Origin: Patescibacteria group bacterium
Lineage (GTDB): Bacteria > Patescibacteriota > Patescibacteriia > UBA2591 > UBA6264
Assembly (NCBI GenBank): GCA_021735685.1
Contig: JAIPGN010000006.1
Location: forward strand, 1-36,205
Length of the DNA stretch: 36,205 nucleotides
Direction: 5' to 3'
Shown here: positions 8,762 through 18,516 of the stretch, one piece after another
Position numbering within the stretch: position 1 is the first letter of the stretch
Layout: each line of letters opens with the position of its first letter
Notes under the pieces: model-generated
Seen by the model: only the letters and a program-made list of their open reading frames with translations
What the model was told of the DNA's origin: nothing
Databases searched by the model: none
Position numbers and translations under genes: made by a program

Positions 8762-9466
8762 TTATTTTTTAAGATAAAATTTTCTTTTAACCGGATTAAA
8801 TTTTTCTATAGAATAACGCAACATGGTTCGTGGCATTTTCTGATAATGCTTTTGTAAGAATTTTTCTTCTTGAGCTTGATCCCTTTTACCCACCTCTCTA
8901 AGCATCCATCCTGTAGCCTTGTGAATTAAATCATGCTGATCATTTAAAAACAAGGTGGCTATTTTTAAAGTATCAGTAAATTGATTATTTTTAATAAAAG
9001 CGTATGTAGCCACAATAGCTATCCTTCTTGACCAAAGATGTCTAGAGCGAGCCAGTTGATAAAGTACTTTTTTATCTTTTTCCAACAAAAAATCACCAAC
9101 AATCTTAGAGGCAGACAAATCTACTAAATCCCAATTATTTATATATTCCACCTGCTTTAAATAAAAATAAAAAATTTCTTTTCTTTTTTTATCACCGGCT
9201 TTTTGATATTGATCAACTAAAATAAAAAGAGCAATTTGGCGATATTCGTGAAACCTGCTTTGGGTTAATTTCTCTAAATCAGTCAAAGACAAATCTCTAT
9301 ATTTTTTTCCTATTTTTCTCAACAAAGGTACTCTGGCTCCCAAAAAAATATCACCTTCTCCATATCCTCCTTTGTTTGTTTTAAAAAAAATCTGTAAAAT
9401 TTTCGCTTTCTGAGGATTGGCTATTTCTAGAATTTCTTTTTTGAGAGAAATTAAGTTATTATCCAT
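8762..9466 (-). CDS. DNA alkylation repair protein (AlkD-like)
   Basis: FFKT..GGYGEGDIFLG, NNWDLVD, DLIHKATGWMLREVGKR and MPRTMLRYSIE. Confidence 0.9.
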   Translation of the reverse strand: MDNNLISLKKEILEIANPQKAKILQIFFKTNKGGYGEGDIFLGARVPLLRKIGKKYRDLSLTDLEKLTQSRFHEYRQIALFILVDQYQKAGDKKRKEIFYFYLKQVEYINNWDLVDLSASKIVGDFLLEKDKKVLYQLARSRHLWSRRIAIVATYAFIKNNQFTDTLKIATLFLNDQHDLIHKATGWMLREVGKRDQAQEEKFLQKHYQKMPRTMLRYSIEKFNPVKRKFYLKK

Positions 9467-9557
9467 AAAAACTTGATAAAAATATCTTTTTGTCTTTCTT
9501 GGAAGTGATTATTTACAACAATCAAATATCATAAATGACTATCTTGATAGAAAAAAA

Positions 9558-9914
9558 CTACTCTTTTTCTTCATCTTCTTGGTCTTCTTCTGGAGCAGGA
9601 GTCATACTTTCAATTAGCTCTCTTAAAATCTTTTTATCTTCTGAACTAAGGTCTTCTTTCTTCAGGTAATCTCCTAAAAACTCTCTGCCAATTTCGTTCA
9701 TTACTTCTTCTTCTCTCCCTTTAGTAAGGCGAAACAATCTTTTTTCGTACTTCAGTCTTTGACGAAAATCATATTCCGGAACCTGAAGATGCTCTGGCAA
9801 AGAATCATTCAAAATTCTAATTTTCCCCTGCACACAAGAATCAATTTTATCTTTTAGAAAAACATCTTCCCTTTTTTCTTCAGAAAAATTATTTCCTTTT
9901 TTTTCAAAATTCAT
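9558..9914 (-). CDS. Hypothetical protein, highly charged
   Basis: 118-aa ORF with an ATG start, co-oriented with its neighbours; no recognisable motif. Confidence 0.6.
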   Translation of the reverse strand: MNFEKKGNNFSEEKREDVFLKDKIDSCVQGKIRILNDSLPEHLQVPEYDFRQRLKYEKRLFRLTKGREEEVMNEIGREFLGDYLKKEDLSSEDKKILRELIESMTPAPEEDQEDEEKE

Positions 9915-10000
9915 AATTAAAAAATATTAAACTAATTAAATCTAATAACTCCATAAAAATTTTACGAAGTCTCATAGAGGCCGGACCTCCATAAATCAAT

Positions 10001-10086
10001 TGGCGGAGAGGGCGGGATTCGAACCCGCAAGTCCTAAGGGACGCCAGTTCTCCAAACTGGTGGAATAACCGTTATCCGACCTCTCC
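10001..10086 (-). tRNA. tRNA-Ser (GGA), CCA encoded
   Basis: GGAGAGG acceptor, CCAGT TTGGAGA ACTGG anticodon arm, variable arm GTCCCTTAGGAC, GGTTCGAATCC and CCTCTCC GCCA; 86 nt. Confidence 0.95.
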
Positions 10087-10101
10087 ATTATTTTCAAAAT
10101 T

Positions 10102-11127
10102 TTATAATTTTTTCTTTAAATTTAAAAAATTTTTCAACCTTTTGGAATGATATGAGTTACTAAAGCCAATCTCTTGATAATATCGCAGAACTTCATGTTT
10201 CCTGTATAGACGAACGCTACTACCTCCCTGCTTTTTCGGAGAAAAATTATATATTTCTAATGTATTGTAAACAAAATCTAACAAGGGAATAGATTTATTG
10301 GTAAAAGCCAAACCAATATTATAATGATTATATCCATGACTATTGTGTCTGTGCCCGTAGACACAACCGTCAGTATCTATTAATCCCCGAAGGCAACTTT
10401 TAGAAAATTTTTTATTTTTTTTAATCCAGATAGGAACACCTACCTGATTTTTGACCTTATTCCCTTTTTTTAAGCCTCTTGCTAACAAAAAATCTACTAA
10501 GTTGCTGCTGGAAATTGTTATTCTAACCACTTTTTTACTTTTTGGTGATTGAAGACAATAAACAGCTGGAGTTAATTTGAATAAATTTTTAATCAAAGAA
10601 CAAATAAAACCAATATATTGACGACCATTTTCTTTATGCACGGTAACAACTACTTGATAATCGCTACCTATTCCTCCATCCCCTAAAATAATTCCTATGA
10701 ATTCTGCTAATTCTGTGCTATTACCAGGCCTAGATATATCCTTTTTTAAATTACATTTTCTGTAAAATTCAGGATATTTTTTTCTTCTCTGTTGAGAAAT
10801 CAATCCTCCCCTTACTCTCCCTTTTGGCGTCCCGGGGTTACCATGCCTTTCGACAACTTTTAGACCTCCTTTGCGTGCCGCCCTTGATGCGCTCCAAAAG
10901 TCTGGCAACATTTTATATTCAGGAATCTTAGTCTCTTTATTTTTCAACCCTAAACATATCCCAAATGCCCTATTAGACATTGTAAATTTTTCCCTGCGCC
11001 AATCAAACAACGTTCTTCTATGAATATTTAGTTCATTGGCTAATTGTGACCAGGTAAAGTTAGAGTGTCTGTAAACATTATTTAAAAATTTAGATTGACG
11101 CCCTTTTTTAAACTTAACTCTAGGCAT
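10102..11127 (-). CDS. Free-standing double-motif LAGLIDADG (DOD-type) endonuclease with an N-terminal HTH
   Basis: Motifs LAEFIGIILGDGG and CLRGLIDTDGC; HTH WSQLANELNIHRRTLFDWR. No intein splice termini are seen. The ATG at 11127 lies 8 nt after a TATAAT, suggesting a leaderless mRNA. Confidence 0.88.
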   Translation of the reverse strand: MPRVKFKKGRQSKFLNNVYRHSNFTWSQLANELNIHRRTLFDWRREKFTMSNRAFGICLGLKNKETKIPEYKMLPDFWSASRAARKGGLKVVERHGNPGTPKGRVRGGLISQQRRKKYPEFYRKCNLKKDISRPGNSTELAEFIGIILGDGGIGSDYQVVVTVHKENGRQYIGFICSLIKNLFKLTPAVYCLQSPKSKKVVRITISSSNLVDFLLARGLKKGNKVKNQVGVPIWIKKNKKFSKSCLRGLIDTDGCVYGHRHNSHGYNHYNIGLAFTNKSIPLLDFVYNTLEIYNFSPKKQGGSSVRLYRKHEVLRYYQEIGFSNSYHSKRLKNFLNLKKKL

Positions 11128-11176
11128 ATACACATATTATAATACAAACCTCTAGCTAAAATTTCTCTAATTTCTT

Positions 11177-11192
11177 ACTCAGCCACCTCTCC
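11177..11192 (-). pseudogene. Probable 16-nt 5' remnant of a tRNA-Ser
   Basis: Minus strand reads GGAGAGGTGGCTGAGT: the same acceptor strand as both tRNA-Ser genes here, followed by a canonical D-arm start. It is a GC-rich island in an AT-rich spacer. Confidence 0.6.
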
Positions 11193-11200
11193 TTTAAAAT

Positions 11201-11743
11201 TTAAAAACGATAAATATGAATTGGTTTTTCTCCTTTTCTATTAGGTTGATGTACTTTTTCTGGAGTTAATCCTTTAATGGGAAAGCCATAAGCAATCACT
11301 CGAGCGCCTTTTTTTAATTCTTTCTCTAATTTAAATCTTAATCTCTTTTCTAAAACCTTGGGCATACCATAAACATAAATAGCGTCTGCTTGAGATAAAT
11401 CTTCGAAAAATAAATTTTTCATTTTAAAAATTATCCCCTGACTTTCGCTGACAAAAAGTTTTTTTATCCAAGAGTAAAGAAAAAACAAAAAACTCATTTC
11501 AATGCCAATAGCTTTAACTGGAAAATGTTCTCCGGCGTAAAAAACAACCCGACCATCTCCTGAACCCAAGTCATAGAAAACTTCCCCCTCTTTTAATTGA
11601 ATAGCTTCAAAAATACGAGGTAGCTCTCTGCGAGAACAAGGAACAAAAGGAGCAAAAGATTTACTAGAGTTATGAAAAGTAATTCCGACCAACAAAAGAA
11701 AAATGGCTAAAACAGAATAAACAAAAAACGAAAAAGTTACCAT
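11201..11743 (-). CDS. Class I SAM-dependent methyltransferase with an N-terminal membrane anchor (FAM173-like)
   Basis: APFVP, motif I YDLGSGDGR and KLEKELKKGARVI. Confidence 0.85.
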   Translation of the reverse strand: MVTFSFFVYSVLAIFLLLVGITFHNSSKSFAPFVPCSRRELPRIFEAIQLKEGEVFYDLGSGDGRVVFYAGEHFPVKAIGIEMSFLFFLYSWIKKLFVSESQGIIFKMKNLFFEDLSQADAIYVYGMPKVLEKRLRFKLEKELKKGARVIAYGFPIKGLTPEKVHQPNRKGEKPIHIYRF

Positions 11744-11751
11744 AAAGAAAA

Positions 11752-14142
11752 TTATTTTTTCTTAAGATTAGCTATCCTCATCGTGGTTTCAATAATAGTG
11801 TCTGGAAGTAAAGAAATAGAATCAATCCCCTCTTTAACTAAAAATTCTGCAAAATCGGGAAAATCGCTCGGTCCCTGACCACAAATTCCCACCTTACAAT
11901 TATTTTGATGAGCAACTTTAATTAACTCTTGAATCAATTTCTTTACCGCTTCATTTCTCTCGTCAAAAAGATGAGCCACTAAACTGGAATCCCTGTCTAA
12001 ACCTAGAGTTAATTGCGTTAAATCATTAGAACCAATAGAAAATCCATCAAAAAGTTGAGCAAATTCCTTGGCTAAAACAATATTAGAAGGAATCTCAGCC
12101 ATAACATAAATTTGTAAAGGCTTTTGTTTTTGATATTTCTTTCTTAAACCACTTTCTTCAATAATTTTCAAGACTGAACGGGCCTCGCCAATAGTTCGAC
12201 AAAAAGGCACCATCACGATCACATTATCTAAACCAAATTCTTCTCTCACTTTCTTGATGGCTTCACATTCTAATTGAAAAGCTTTTTTAAATTTAGGATC
12301 ATTGTAACGACTCGCCCCTCGCCAACCAATCATCGGATTAGCTTCTTCGGGTTCATAAATAGAACCACCAACCAGATTAGCATATTCATTGCTTTTAAAA
12401 TCAGAAAAACGGACAATCACATCTTTAGGGTAAAAGGCAGCAGCAATTGTGCCAATTCCTTCAGCTAATTTATGAATATAAAAATCAACTTTGTTTTGAT
12501 ATCCTGCTGTAATTTCGTTAATTTTTTTCTTTATCTTTTGATCTTTAATTTTTTTAAAATTAATTAAGGCCAAAGGATGAATTTTGATATGATTATTGAT
12601 AATAAATTCTTCACGAGCTAAACCCACTCCATCATTAGGAAGAAAAGAAAGACCAAAAGCTTGACTCGGCTCCGCTAAATTAAGCATCACTTTGGTTTCA
12701 GGTTTTTTGAAATTCTTTAAACGAGTCTTCTTTACTTGAAAAGGAAGTAATCCCTGATAAACACGCCCCACTTCACCCTCAGCACAAGAGACTGTTACTT
12801 TTTGCCCACTTTTAATTTTCTGAGTAGCATCACCAGTTCCCACCACACAAGGAACTCCCATCTCTCTGCTAACAATTGCAGCGTGACAAACTCTTCCTCC
12901 ATCATCAGTAATAATTGCCGAAGCAATTTTCATAATCGGCACCCAGTCTGGATCAGTCATTTTGGTCACCAAAACTTGACCCGGTTTAAACTTAACAATA
13001 TCTTTAGCACTTTTGATAACATTAACTTCGCCTTGACCAATTTTTGAACCCACAGCCACACCGGTAATTAAAACCTTTTTTTCTTCCTTTTGAGGCTTAA
13101 AAACAAATCTTTCTAAAACATCTACCGATTTCAAAGACTGGACTGTTTCCGGTCGAGCCTGAAGAATATATAATTTTTTATCTTTTCCGTCTTTACCCCA
13201 CTCCATATCCATGGGTCGGCCGTAGTGTTTTTCAATTAAAACCGAATAACGAGCTAACTCTAGAACTTCCTGATCAGAAAGAGTAAACTTACTTCTTTCT
13301 TGAGGGGTGGTCTTAATATTTTTAACCGCAGTCTTGCCTTTCTCGCCATAAGTCATTCTCCACTCTTTTCCGCCCAGCCTCTTATTAACAATTGGTCGAT
13401 ACCCTTGGTCTAACAGTGGTTCAAAAACCATAAATTCATCCGGACTAACCTTGCCCTGAACTACATTTTCTCCCAACCCCCAAGAAGAATTAATTACAGT
13501 TACATCTGCAAATCCAGACTCAGTGTCACAAGAAAACATTACTCCGGAACAAGCCAAATCTGAACGAACCATTTTTTGAACTCCAATGGAAAGAGCCACT
13601 TCGCTATGTTTAAAACCTTTAGACTGGCGATAAACAATAGCTCGATTAGTAAAAAGAGAAGCCAGGCATTTATGAGCAGCTTTTAAAAGATTTTCTGGAC
13701 CCTGAACGTTAAGGTAAGTTTCCATTTGGCCAGCAAAACTAGCATCTGGCAAATCTTCGGCTGTAGCCGAGCTTCGTACAGCGACGTCCACTGCTTTAGT
13801 TTTGTATTCTTGGGATAATCTTTGGTAAGCTTTTTTTAATTCATCAGCAAGTTCTTGACTTAAGGGAGTTTTTAAAATTAACTTGCGAACTTTCTCGCCT
13901 CGCAAAGCTAATTCTTTAACATCTTGCACGTCTAACCCCTCTAAGATTTTTTCAATCTTTTCGCCCAAAGCATCTTGTTGCATAAATCGCCAATAAGCTT
14001 CAGCTGTAGTAGCAAAACCATTCGGAATTCGCACCCCTTGCTTGCCTAATTTTTGATACATTTCTCCCAAAGAAGCATTCTTGCCACCTACTTGAGGGAC
14101 ATTTTTTAGAGTTAATTCCCTAAACCAAAGTATTGTTTGCAT
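11752..14142 (-). CDS. ppsA: Phosphoenolpyruvate synthase
   Basis: VGGKNASLGEM, AVRSSATAEDLPDASFAGQ, phospho-His GGRVCHAAIVSRE and FSIGSNDLTQL. Confidence 0.97.
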   Translation of the reverse strand: MQTILWFRELTLKNVPQVGGKNASLGEMYQKLGKQGVRIPNGFATTAEAYWRFMQQDALGEKIEKILEGLDVQDVKELALRGEKVRKLILKTPLSQELADELKKAYQRLSQEYKTKAVDVAVRSSATAEDLPDASFAGQMETYLNVQGPENLLKAAHKCLASLFTNRAIVYRQSKGFKHSEVALSIGVQKMVRSDLACSGVMFSCDTESGFADVTVINSSWGLGENVVQGKVSPDEFMVFEPLLDQGYRPIVNKRLGGKEWRMTYGEKGKTAVKNIKTTPQERSKFTLSDQEVLELARYSVLIEKHYGRPMDMEWGKDGKDKKLYILQARPETVQSLKSVDVLERFVFKPQKEEKKVLITGVAVGSKIGQGEVNVIKSAKDIVKFKPGQVLVTKMTDPDWVPIMKIASAIITDDGGRVCHAAIVSREMGVPCVVGTGDATQKIKSGQKVTVSCAEGEVGRVYQGLLPFQVKKTRLKNFKKPETKVMLNLAEPSQAFGLSFLPNDGVGLAREEFIINNHIKIHPLALINFKKIKDQKIKKKINEITAGYQNKVDFYIHKLAEGIGTIAAAFYPKDVIVRFSDFKSNEYANLVGGSIYEPEEANPMIGWRGASRYNDPKFKKAFQLECEAIKKVREEFGLDNVIVMVPFCRTIGEARSVLKIIEESGLRKKYQKQKPLQIYVMAEIPSNIVLAKEFAQLFDGFSIGSNDLTQLTLGLDRDSSLVAHLFDERNEAVKKLIQELIKVAHQNNCKVGICGQGPSDFPDFAEFLVKEGIDSISLLPDTIIETTMRIANLKKK

Positions 14143-14220
14143 AAAAAATTAATTTTATCTTCTAATTAATTTATTCTTATTTTCCCTTATCTTTTTTCCT
14201 TATCTTTTTTCATGTTTCTC

Positions 14221-14362
14221 AAAAACGTCAGTTTTTTAACATTTTTTCCCGGGGTCTGACCCCAAAAACAGCTTCTCTAAAACCCTTTCCTGGAAAAGAC
14301 ATTAAGGACGATTTTCTAAAAACGTCAGTTTTTTAACATTTTTTCCCGGGGTCTGGCCCCAA
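14221..14362. repeat. 45-bp direct repeat with 97-bp period, each copy ending in a GGGGTCTG(A/G)CCCC palindrome
   Basis: 14221-14265 and 14318-14362 are 44/45 identical. A homologous unit occurs at 36106-36192. Confidence 0.9.
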
Positions 14363-14722
14363 TTAAATTTTGATTTCTTGGGAAATTTTTTTAATAACAG
14401 GGATAGACCATTCTTGACCCTGAACTGCTTTTAAGACTCCTCGCAAAGAAAGCAAAATGCACAAAATCCAACCCAATAAACCGATTAACCAGCCCACAAA
14501 AGGAACGACCATAATTAAAGTAAAAACGATTTCTAAGCCAAATAAAACTAAACCTTGCCGCAAATGACAAGAAGCGGGTTTTTCTTTATCTCGCCAAATA
14601 AAAACAAGTAAAGATAAAACTCCTAAATAAGATAAAATGTCTTTAAACCTGTCTTTCCAGAGAACATTTTCTTCTTTTTTTAGAAAAGAGCTAATCTTTT
14701 CCTTAATTTCTTCTTTTTTCAT
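14363..14722 (-). CDS. Small membrane protein (DUF4870/Tic20-like)
   Basis: LSYLGVL..., HLRQGLVLF, VPFVGWLI and GVLKAVQGQEWSIPVI. Confidence 0.75.
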   Translation of the reverse strand: MKKEEIKEKISSFLKKEENVLWKDRFKDILSYLGVLSLLVFIWRDKEKPASCHLRQGLVLFGLEIVFTLIMVVPFVGWLIGLLGWILCILLSLRGVLKAVQGQEWSIPVIKKISQEIKI

Positions 14723-14739
14723 AATTTTAAATTAAAATT

Positions 14740-16419
14740 TCAAAATGAAACTATTACTTTTGGTTTTTTGCCAATCCGACTTAAAATAGAATCGCTTAAG
14801 CTGTGAGCAATTTTTTGCCCTGAACCTGGCCTTAATCCATGACGTTTAAACAAGCGACTAGCTTTCTTCTTTAATTCTGAAACTAGTTCTTCATTTAAAG
14901 CAATTCCCTGAGAAGATATTTTAACTCTTTCTTCTTTGTTTTTTGATTTCTTCTTCTCTGATTTTCGTGAAAAAGAATGGGATGAAACAAAAGAAACAAA
15001 ACAAATTCCATTCTCAGCTAAGCGTTGACGTTCTTCTAAAATTTGCTCATTTAAAACCTCGGTTCGACTTCCTTCGACCACAACCATATTATGAGATGCG
15101 CGAAAAGAAGAATCCTTTTTAATCTCCTTTCTTTCGTTAATTTCCAAAACTTCTCCATTCTTAAGCATAAAACAATTTTTTTTCTTAATTCCAAATTTTT
15201 GAGCTAATTTAATATGTTCAGCTTGCATGTAATGAGCTCCTTCAATCGGCACAAAAAATCGAGGACGAATCAAGGACATCATTTTCAAAAGATCTTCTTG
15301 CTGAGCATGTCCCGAACTATGAATGCCAGAACCTAAAGCTTTTCGAAAAATTATCTCTGCACCTTGATCAACTAAACCATTCATCACCGAGCTAACAGCA
15401 ATCTCATTGCCAGGGACAGTAGAAGATGAGAAAATAACCGTATCTCCAGATTTAATCCTTACTAAACGATGCACATTTTGAGCAATTCTTTCCATAGAAG
15501 AACCTTCCATTCCTTGAGATCCGCCCGCAATAATAAAAACTTTATGCGGAGGAAATTTTTTGATATCTGTAATGTCAATCAACATCTTGGGCGGGATTTT
15601 AAGATAACCTAATCCTTGAGCAATAGCTACTGTTTTTTGAACAGAAAGGCCAATTAAAGCCACCTTTCTTTTGCATTTCTGACAAACGTCAATTGCTTGC
15701 TGAATACGACTAATTAGACTAGCAAAGGTTGTGAAAATAATCCTTCCTTTAATTCCTTTGATCAAAGAAGAGATCATCTCTCCCACTTCTTTTTCAGAAA
15801 CCACCTCCCCGGGAACAGCGGCATTAGTGCTGTCCGACATTAACAATAAAACCCCTTCATCTCCTACTTTTTTTAAGAGCTTTTCGTTAACTGGTTTTTG
15901 GTCAGCTGGAGTTTTGTCAAATTTAAAATCTCCGGTATGCACGATAGATCCTAAAGGAGTTTTAATAATAAAACCAACACTATCAGGAATATTATGTACC
16001 ACGGCAAAAGGGAGAAGAGAAAAGGCTCCTATTGAAAATTTCTCTTCTGGCTTAATCACTTTAAATTTCGCATCTTGAAAACCCAGCTCTAAAAACCTGT
16101 CTTCAATTAAACCTATAGTCAAGGGAGTAGCGTAAATTGGAGGATTTCCCAACTGATTAATAAAATAAGGCAAAGCTCCAATATGATCTAAGTGTCCATG
16201 AGTAATAACTAGACCCTTAATCCTTTCTTTATTTTTTTTCAAAAAGTCAACATCAGGAAGAACGTAGTCAACGCCTAATAAATTTGGACCAGGAAAGTCC
16301 AGGCCCATGTCAATTACCATAATGTCTCCTTTTTTTTGCCCTGCAGGCAAAAGTTCTAAAGCTAAACAGTTTTTGCCAACTTCTTCAAATCCACCTAAGG
16401 GAATAATTCTTAATTTCAT
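14740..16419 (-). CDS. rnj: Ribonuclease J
   Basis: IPLGGFEEVGKN, THGHLDHIG, VHTGDFKFD, MSDSTNA and IHSSGHA. Confidence 0.95.
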   Translation of the reverse strand: MKLRIIPLGGFEEVGKNCLALELLPAGQKKGDIMVIDMGLDFPGPNLLGVDYVLPDVDFLKKNKERIKGLVITHGHLDHIGALPYFINQLGNPPIYATPLTIGLIEDRFLELGFQDAKFKVIKPEEKFSIGAFSLLPFAVVHNIPDSVGFIIKTPLGSIVHTGDFKFDKTPADQKPVNEKLLKKVGDEGVLLLMSDSTNAAVPGEVVSEKEVGEMISSLIKGIKGRIIFTTFASLISRIQQAIDVCQKCKRKVALIGLSVQKTVAIAQGLGYLKIPPKMLIDITDIKKFPPHKVFIIAGGSQGMEGSSMERIAQNVHRLVRIKSGDTVIFSSSTVPGNEIAVSSVMNGLVDQGAEIIFRKALGSGIHSSGHAQQEDLLKMMSLIRPRFFVPIEGAHYMQAEHIKLAQKFGIKKKNCFMLKNGEVLEINERKEIKKDSSFRASHNMVVVEGSRTEVLNEQILEERQRLAENGICFVSFVSSHSFSRKSEKKKSKNKEERVKISSQGIALNEELVSELKKKASRLFKRHGLRPGSGQKIAHSLSDSILSRIGKKPKVIVSF

Positions 16420-16525
16420 AATTAAATTACTTTACTTTTATATACAATAATATTTAATTTCTCTGCCTACCGGCAGACAGGAACGTTCTGCGAACAAGGT
16501 GAGCGGGTTGTTATAAATTTATTTT

Positions 16526-16831
16526 TTATTCTTTTCTGATTTTAATGTCTTTTAAGTTTTTTTCGTAAATTGATTCTTTTTTCATAATAGTTTTATAGAG
16601 ATTTTCAATAAAATCTCCCCCAGCGTAACCAACAATAAGGGCAAAAACCTCATTACCAGCAATTAGATAAGCAGCAGCTAATCCAATAATTCCAGAAAGA
16701 AAAACCATTAAAAAGAAATAACGAGCATTAAAGCCAATATTCTTGTAAGAATATTGATATTTAATAAAACCAAAAATACCTCGGATTGCTCCTCCAGCAA
16801 AACCGGCTATCAAAATTGGCAAAAAAGACAT
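16526..16831 (-). CDS. Hypothetical small membrane protein
   Basis: 101 aa with three Gly-rich hydrophobic segments. Confidence 0.7.
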   Translation of the reverse strand: MSFLPILIAGFAGGAIRGIFGFIKYQYSYKNIGFNARYFFLMVFLSGIIGLAAAYLIAGNEVFALIVGYAGGDFIENLYKTIMKKESIYEKNLKDIKIRKE

Positions 16832-16845
16832 ATTTTTAATTATTA

Positions 16846-17601
16846 TTATATTTCGTAACTTAAGTTTACAGTTACAGAAATCTTTGTTTCTCCAGCCTCA
16901 ACTTGCGCTGGGATTGGAGCCCCTCCGCCTACACCGTCCATCTCTTTCATGCTATAAGCCCGAGTCTCTGGGTAAACGCCACCACCTTCATAGACTGAAA
17001 CATTAATTAATCTTCCTAAAGACAAACCAGCTGCCTTGGCAATATCTTGGGCTTTTTCCTTAGCTTCAGCAATGGCCTGATCTCTAGCTTCAGCCAAAGC
17101 TTCATCTCGATCCTCAACGCTAAAATTCAAAGAATTAAGACGATTTGCTCCCGTCAAAGTCGCCTTTTCAATAATTTGACTTATTTTCTCAAAGTCTTTA
17201 GTTTTAACTGAAATACTGGCACTAGCTTGATAACCAGCTAATCTCCTCTCTCCGCTATCTCGATCGTATTCATATCGCGGATTAATACTATATTGATTAG
17301 TCTTAATGTCTTTCTCTTTTACCCCCAACTCTTTTAAATCAGCAATCAATTTATTATTCACTTCTGTAATTAAATTTTGAGCTTCAATAACTTCATCTGC
17401 TTCTTTTTCTACTCCTAAAGAAATTTCCGCTAAGTCTGGCTTGACGTAAATCTCTCCTTCAGCGCTAACCACAAAAGGACTTTCTTTGGGAATAGTCACC
17501 GTCCGAGAAGACCAAGTTAAGCCGCTCCCGTATTTCAAAAGACCTAAAATGGCTAAAAAAATTACAAAAACATTGAATAAAAATTTTCCATTTTTCTTCA
17601 T
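16846..17601 (-). CDS. SIMPL domain (DUF541) protein
   Basis: EGEIYVKPDLAEISLGV, DIKTNQYSINPRY and AIAEAKEKAQDIAKAAGLSLG; N-terminal TM helix. Confidence 0.9.
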   Translation of the reverse strand: MKKNGKFLFNVFVIFLAILGLLKYGSGLTWSSRTVTIPKESPFVVSAEGEIYVKPDLAEISLGVEKEADEVIEAQNLITEVNNKLIADLKELGVKEKDIKTNQYSINPRYEYDRDSGERRLAGYQASASISVKTKDFEKISQIIEKATLTGANRLNSLNFSVEDRDEALAEARDQAIAEAKEKAQDIAKAAGLSLGRLINVSVYEGGGVYPETRAYSMKEMDGVGGGAPIPAQVEAGETKISVTVNLSYEI

Positions 17602-17637
17602 ATTTTTTTAATAATTAAAAATTGATTAACTGTTTCT

Positions 17638-17666
17638 AGTATAACAAACAAAAGGGGCAAAGTCAA
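17638..17666 (-). promoter_or_regulatory. Sigma70-type promoter for the SIMPL gene
   Basis: TTGACT-N17-TATACT with an extended TG. Confidence 0.7.
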
Positions 17667-17699
17667 CAACAAAAAATTCTCTCTGGCTCTCTATTTCTG

Positions 17700-18512
17700 T
17701 TAAGCCCTCATCTTCTGAAACGTCAATAAAGTTACTTCTGGCCGGGAATTAAAACGTACCGGCAATTTGCGGGTACCAATGCCTTGATTAATATACATTT
17801 GCGCGCCCTTAACCAAAGAGAGACCCCTGATATATTTAAATTTATACTTAGTCGGCGCCCAAAGAACTGGAATTCCAGGAATATTCACTTGCCCACCATG
17901 AGTATGACCCCCTAAAATCAAATCCACATCTCCTGGACTTAAATCTTCTATAATCTCTGGACTGTGAGACAAAAGAATTTTAATAGTCGAATTGTCAGTT
18001 CCAGATAAAGCTCTTTCTAAATTGTGATGATGGGTGTGAGGGTCATCCACTCCTAAGAGCCAAAAACATTGTTTATCTTTACATAATTTTACGTTTTCAT
18101 TTCTTAAAACTTGCCAACCAACTTTTTCTAGGGTCTTTTGAAAAAAATCCGGTCTCATCTTCTTGTCTTCAAAAAGATGATTGCCGAAAACAACATAAAC
18201 TGGAGCTAAATCTCTTAATTTCTGCCAAAAAACAGAGCAAGAGTCGATTTCTTTCAAAAAAGCTTCATTGATATCACCAGTTACAAAAATAAAATCAGCC
18301 TTTTCTTGACTGATAATTTCTAAGACTCTTTTTTCTCTATAACCAAAATTAGAAGAATGTAAATCACTTAAATGAATTATCTTCAAGCCTTCCAATTTAG
18401 TTGGTGATTTTTTTAAAAAAATATCTCTTCTTTTTAAGGTCAACCAAAAGGGTTCAATTAAAAAAGAATAAATAATTAAAAAAATAAAAAGTAAAATAAA
18501 TATCCAAATCAT
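17700..18512 (-). CDS. Metallophosphoesterase (YkuE/YaeI-like)
   Basis: SDLH, TGD, GNH, LLSHSP and GHTHGGQ; N-terminal TM helix. Confidence 0.92.
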   Translation of the reverse strand: MIWIFILLFIFLIIYSFLIEPFWLTLKRRDIFLKKSPTKLEGLKIIHLSDLHSSNFGYREKRVLEIISQEKADFIFVTGDINEAFLKEIDSCSVFWQKLRDLAPVYVVFGNHLFEDKKMRPDFFQKTLEKVGWQVLRNENVKLCKDKQCFWLLGVDDPHTHHHNLERALSGTDNSTIKILLSHSPEIIEDLSPGDVDLILGGHTHGGQVNIPGIPVLWAPTKYKFKYIRGLSLVKGAQMYINQGIGTRKLPVRFNSRPEVTLLTFQKMRA

Positions 18513-18516
18513 AAAA

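Noticed and set aside
10102-11133. Intein or intron host for the LAGLIDADG ORF
   Set aside because: There is no Cys/Ser start or His-Asn end and no flanking extein. The adjacent non-coding DNA is too short for a ribozyme.
14221-14362. Possible CRISPR array (45-nt repeat, 52-nt spacer)
   Set aside because: There are only two repeats and no cas genes, and the 'spacer' is conserved in the distant copy at 36106-36192.
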